Assembly: GCA_964016885.1 (NCBI GenBank)
Contig: OZ024743.1
Coordinates: forward strand, 188,356,001-188,420,000
DNA length: 64,000 bases
Direction: 5' to 3'
Origin: Eledone cirrhosa
Taxonomy: Eukaryota
The notes beneath the pieces were generated by a model. That model did not search any database. It was given only the letters and a program-made list of their open reading frames with translations, and had not been told where the DNA came from. The position numbers and the translations under genes were made by a program. The first letter of the stretch is position 1. The number at the start of each line of letters is the position of its first letter. Below, one piece after another: positions 58,801-64,000 of the stretch.

Positions 58801-59688
58801 TAACTGTTATACTTTTAAATGGATTTTACTTAACCTTTTCATACCTAAATGCCTGAGACCATCCTGGTTTTATCATTATAAAACTGCCTATTTTGAATTG
58901 CTTGAAATTAAAGTAAAACAGCTGAACTCAATTTTATAATATTTTTGTTAAATGATGTTTTAAACACCAACTCAATATTCCAATAAATACCAAATTTGGT
59001 TATTTGAACCAATCCTGACAAATTATTTATTATTTTCAAAATCAGCTGAAATATACAGACTATGTGTTATTCCATCAGGTATGTGACCACATATCTCTGA
59101 TAAAAAATCAAGAATGTTTTCTAATCAGTTTACATTTAACTGGTACTCTAGCTGCACTCACTTACATATCTTCCTCAGGTTCAACTATGTTTGGCTTGAT
59201 GCTGATGGAAAACTAGTTAAAATACGAGTATTAAATATTCTAGTCAAACTAACCTCTATATATGCAAGTTAAAAATCATATATTTACACGTCTAGCCTTC
59301 CATAGTTTTTAACTCATTTTCCATTTCCATTTATCAAATTTTCACGTCTGGAGTCACTAAAACAGACGGTCGGTAAATAAATATCTTGTTTATATTATCT
59401 AGAGATTCTGACAGTTTCTATACGGTTGAATTAAATGCCACCTTTTTCTGTATTGAAATGAAACATATGTAAATCAATTAAATGATGTATTAAACAGTGG
59501 TTATTATTTATTAATTTTAGATAAGCTCTATGATTGTTGTAATACTATTGACTGGAAATTTACAAAATAGATTTAACTCTGAACTGAATTTTGCCAATGA
59601 TGCTGTCATAATAAAATCACATTAGACCTTTGCCTTATACAGTTGTATTGGCAACACATTTAATCTACCTTATATATATATACACATG

Positions 59689-59724
<36 letters not shown>

Positions 59725-61029
59725 CATGCACACATACATATATATATATATGCACACACACACACACACATATATATCTACTTTAAAAAAAGAAAAGAAT
59801 GACTTCACTTGTAGTTCTAAACAATTTAATTTAATTTTATAATAATATGAATTTACAATTTGGTTTTGTAGATCTAGTATGATGTGACAGTAGATCAAGG
59901 TTAATGTTGTGATTGCTACTGAGGGCTTATGATTAGTAATTAAGGATTTTGGGAGGAAGGGGATAGAGAAAGAGAGAAGGGTGGTTGTGATCATGGATAG
60001 GTTAGGCATGGATGTGTATTGATGGTGAGAATAACAACTAGGGCATGAAAGTAACATGTCACTTTTTATGGTACTAGATAAGACTTCTCCACTACAACAT
60101 GCTACCAATCCCCATGAACCATTTCCATCTCTGCCATAAGGTTTAGCTTCCTTAGGTCAATTTACACAACTTAACTTTCAACATCTACATCTTCCCCGAA
60201 GTGAGAACATCTAAGATATTATTGCCCTTCATTATACATCGATCATCTTCCATAAAATTTACAGAGAAATAGTTGCCTGGCATCTAACATGCCACTGAGA
60301 TAACTATGCTATAATTACAGCTTAAACATACATAACAAAACCTCCCATATTTATTACAGATAAACATGTTAGGTATCATATAAACCCTATTATGAACAAT
60401 GCTATATTAGTGCTACTTTTAATTTATCCTAACAAGTAAAGTTCACTCTACATGTTAATATTTATTTATATTAGGTCGCTATTGTGTGTTTGTGTATGGT
60501 TGTTGTTATTCCATTAATCTTTTCTGTTCTGCTTCAGTTTTCTTAGTTCTATTTCAGTTGCTGCCCTAATTTGTCTACCTGTTGAGTCATTTCTATGTTT
60601 AGATATTATTTCAATTTCTACGTTGTCTATCTATATGACCATCTTTTTCTTCTTTTAGTTCACCCCAGTGTTGGTCTAATCTCTCCCCTCTGCTGCAGGG
60701 TGTCTCTCCAAAGCTTGTCAAACTGTAGTACAGAACCTCCATCATTCTTTGTAGTTTTCATTTTCTTGCTTTACTTGTTGGTTTCTTTTCTATGCATTTT
60801 ATCCACAAATAATCCTTTTACAATGTTTATCAATTGGAATATTGCCAAATTTCTTGAAATCTGTAGTTATCATTTCATGGAGTTTTCCTGGGGGTTGTTC
60901 TATTCAACGATCGAATGTTTGAAAGTGCAGGTGTCATCCACTTCTATTTGGATATTTTTCTTTTTTAATATGCGATTTAAAAAAAATGGTGAGAATCCCG
61001 TTATTTGAAGAAGGGATATAATTTTTTTG

Positions 61030-61932
61030 TGTTCAGTATGGTTTGTAGTTTCTAATGAAACATTTTTTTTTATATTTCCGGAAATATTCGTTTTCCGATC
61101 ATAACTTAAAGAAGGGGAAGATTGTGAATTTTCCCTTTCTGCATGATGCGATGTGTTCACTCCATGTGGTGTTTCTGACAGAGGGATCCCTAATTTGTTA
61201 TTTATGTACATGTCATGTAGACCCATTCTTGTTTCACCAATGTAGTATTCTTTACATAGTGGGCAGATTGCACAGTAAATTAAGTTTTTGTTTTGCAATT
61301 CCTGTTTGCATTAACTTTGAAAATCTGATTGTTTTTAAAAGAGATTTGCCCACTATCTTCAATGTATTCACAAGTTCTACATCAAGGGTCCCCACATTTT
61401 TTAACTTGCATTGTTTCATTATCAGACATAAATTTTGCCTTGGTAAGCAACTTTTTAAGGTTGGGGGTTTGGCGTCTGCTTTATATTATTTGTGAGTCTT
61501 TTATGAGTGCATTCATTTTAGGGGACTTCTGGAGAATCAGGAGATATTGTTTAGCAGCTTTCACAATGTTGTGAGTGATGACAAAAGGGATAACTGTTTT
61601 TTTCCTTTTATTTTGTAGATTTGTTTTTCTTAGTGTTGTCACTGGGATGTTGTGGGCCGTATGATGAGGTTCACTGGATATTATTGCCTTTTAAGGAACC
61701 TTTTTAATTCATATAATCTTTTTTTCCTGTAGTGTGGGATGTGTTACTATAGTGTAGATGCGTCTTACCATGTTAAAGGAAATATTCCTTTTGGTATGTG
61801 AGGGATGTACTGATTGGATATTCAAGTATTGGTGTGTGTCTGTTGGTTTGTAAAATAAGTCTGTTTTGATATTTTCCCCTTCTTTAATGATAAGGATATC
61901 CAGAAACAGTAGTTCCTTTTTATTACATTCCA
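61030..61932 (-). mobile_element. Neptune-type Penelope-like element, 5'-truncated at a (TA)n tract
   Basis: LFLDILI...TDLFYKPTDTHQYLNIQSVHPSHTKRNI (RT thumb) and NLIYCAICPLCKEYYIGET (GIY-YIG with CxxC); frameshifted. The 3' UTR probably continues towards ~60450. Confidence 0.88.
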
Positions 61933-61958
61933 TGTATATATATATATATTTATATATA

Positions 61959-62019
<61 letters not shown>

Positions 62020-62251
62020 GCATATGTGCGAGGGTATGAATATATATCTAGATGGGGGTTACAAATATAAACTTTATCAGCTGCTGTAGGTTAGAAATGT
62101 ACTTATATAATGTAAATTTATGTTCCATAAATAGTTCAACTTAGACGTCTATAGAATATTAAGAAACAAAATTATAATGATTGATAATGATTGATAATGC
62201 TGTTGGATATGTAGGAATGAGTAATGTAAAGTTATATATATATATATATAA

Positions 62252-62320
<69 letters not shown>

Positions 62321-62390
62321 GAGGCTACCACTGTCAAAAAAGTATTCAATTCGTTAGTAGAATATAGGTGTATTCATTTTATTATAGAAA

Positions 62391-62447
62391 TGACTTCTAT
62401 GGGACAAAACCTGTTTCATTCATAAGAAATCATCAGTAGTGAAGTCA
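62391..62447 (-). ncRNA. Type I hammerhead ribozyme
   Basis: tgacttc acta-CTGATGA-tttc ttat gaat-GAAA-cag gtt ttg-TC-ccata gaagtca, in a TA-flanked insertion. Confidence 0.7.
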
Positions 62448-62474
62448 GATAATTTTTGTCAGCTTCAGTATTTA

Positions 62475-62541
62475 TACTACCCTAAGTATTGAGTACTCTG
62501 GTGTGTTGTGGTCCACCTGGTATCTTATCACACCCTCTTTG

Positions 62542-62543
<2 letters not shown>
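62475..62543 (+). mobile_element. Family F1 tail only
   Basis: tactaccctaagtattgagtactctggtgtgttgtggtccacctggtatcttatcacaccctctttgtta followed by (TA)n. Confidence 0.8.
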
Positions 62544-62575
<32 letters not shown>

Positions 62576-64000
62576 GTATGTATAGTATATTTGGCAATAT
62601 ACTGTATGTTTAATTAAAACCTAATATATATATATATAAGATATACCAGTGTGTGTGTGAAAGAAAGAGAGAGAAAGAGAAAAGATAATGGAAACATGTA
62701 AACACATATGTATATATACATGTGGATATTTCTGGAGCAAAAATTTCCTTTTTGATTCTGACTTATTTTCTTATTAAAAATACGAATAAATATTTTATCT
62801 CTTTTTCCAAGAAATTAATAACTCTATTTCAATTCTGCTTTTGTAAAAGACATATGTACACATCAGTGTAGTATCTTTAAGACAAATTTCTATTTTAGCA
62901 GGAAGATTAAAAAAAAAAAAACTATGTTGAATATTGCTACAGGATATATATTCTATTTTTATGCAGATAACCTGTTGTTCATGTCATTGTTATTAAATTG
63001 TAGTCCTTGTTGATGTTGTTTATGTATATGACAAACTTGGTTGAGTATACTTAAGATTAAAAACACTCCAGGTTTAACAACCTGGTCTAATTTTAGGCAT
63101 AATATTTCTATGACTGCATAACACCATGTGTCCTTCTTTTATGATGGTAAGCTATTTAGTTGTTATTTCTAGTGACTGCGTAGAGTCTCTATTGTTCTTT
63201 ATGTTGCTGGTATCAATATTGTTGTTGTTTATCTGTTTAAACTTGATCATGAAAAGCAGTCCAAGCAGGATCATTCTTATATGTTTTCTTCATACAATGG
63301 ATTATATTATCCAATGTGCTGTTTCATTTATATATTGGTAGAGTATGATATTAAAGAGATTTACCTGTGAGTTTGTCTGGTCATATCATATTTCTCCTGG
63401 TTATTGCAGTTGTTGTTTGGCTCTAAGTCATCTCTGATTGAACAAACCTATTATAAAAGGCATTCCAGCCATGTTTTGTGTATCTATGCCCAATGACCTT
63501 TCTTATCAAAGATGGTAGGGGGAGATTTGGGAGCTCTTATAGGAGATTAAATGACTTCATAAAGGCTTTCCCACTTTTTTCTTGATGTTAGTATTTGGTT
63601 TGAACAAGGAAATTAAAGGAGTGCCAGGAGAATTAGCAGGCCAAAATAATTTGTGGCATTATTTTAGCACTTTACAATTTGAGTCCAAATCCTGCCAATG
63701 TCAACAATGCATTTCATTCTTCAAAGTTTGATAAAATAAAATACCCACACTCTGCCCAAATTTCTCACTATATGATTATATAAGAAATTATTTTATTTTA
63801 GTTAGAAAATTTTAAATATTTTTCTCTCAGTGGAAACCATTCTATATATATATATAGATAAATCTACCAAAATGTACATTTTTCATACTCCTTCCATTCA
63901 AAACTGAAATCTGCCTTCTTCTACCCCTAAATTAAAGTTCCATTACTACTATTTTACCATTTAGCCAGTTATTACCTTTCTATTGGTCAATTCAAAACCT

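Overview
Very AT-rich, (TA)n-saturated eukaryotic DNA with no confidently identifiable host protein-coding gene. The SINE and LINE repertoire suggests an octopus-like cephalopod (inference). Nearly all ORF-track entries are microsatellite or chance ORFs. Penelope-like retroelements (PLEs) dominate: three Naiad-type copies (1-732, 35709-39346, 46966-48945), one Neptune-type copy (~61030-61932) and more than a dozen short pLTR-derived insertions sitting in (TA)n tracts. Several carry recognisable minimal hammerhead ribozymes. Across several unrelated families they share one geometry: an inverted arm stopping at a fixed point, plus a direct arm with an extra 3' tail. Also present are R4/Dong, CRE-like, CR1/jockey-like and RTE LINE relics, tRNA-derived SINEs, a Chapaev3-like MITE, a decayed mariner with a near-perfect 232-bp foldback, a ~3-kb direct duplication (31600-34588 / 39372-42383) and a central CpG-retaining domain. 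All identities and structures were judged by eye, and boundaries are approximate unless stated.
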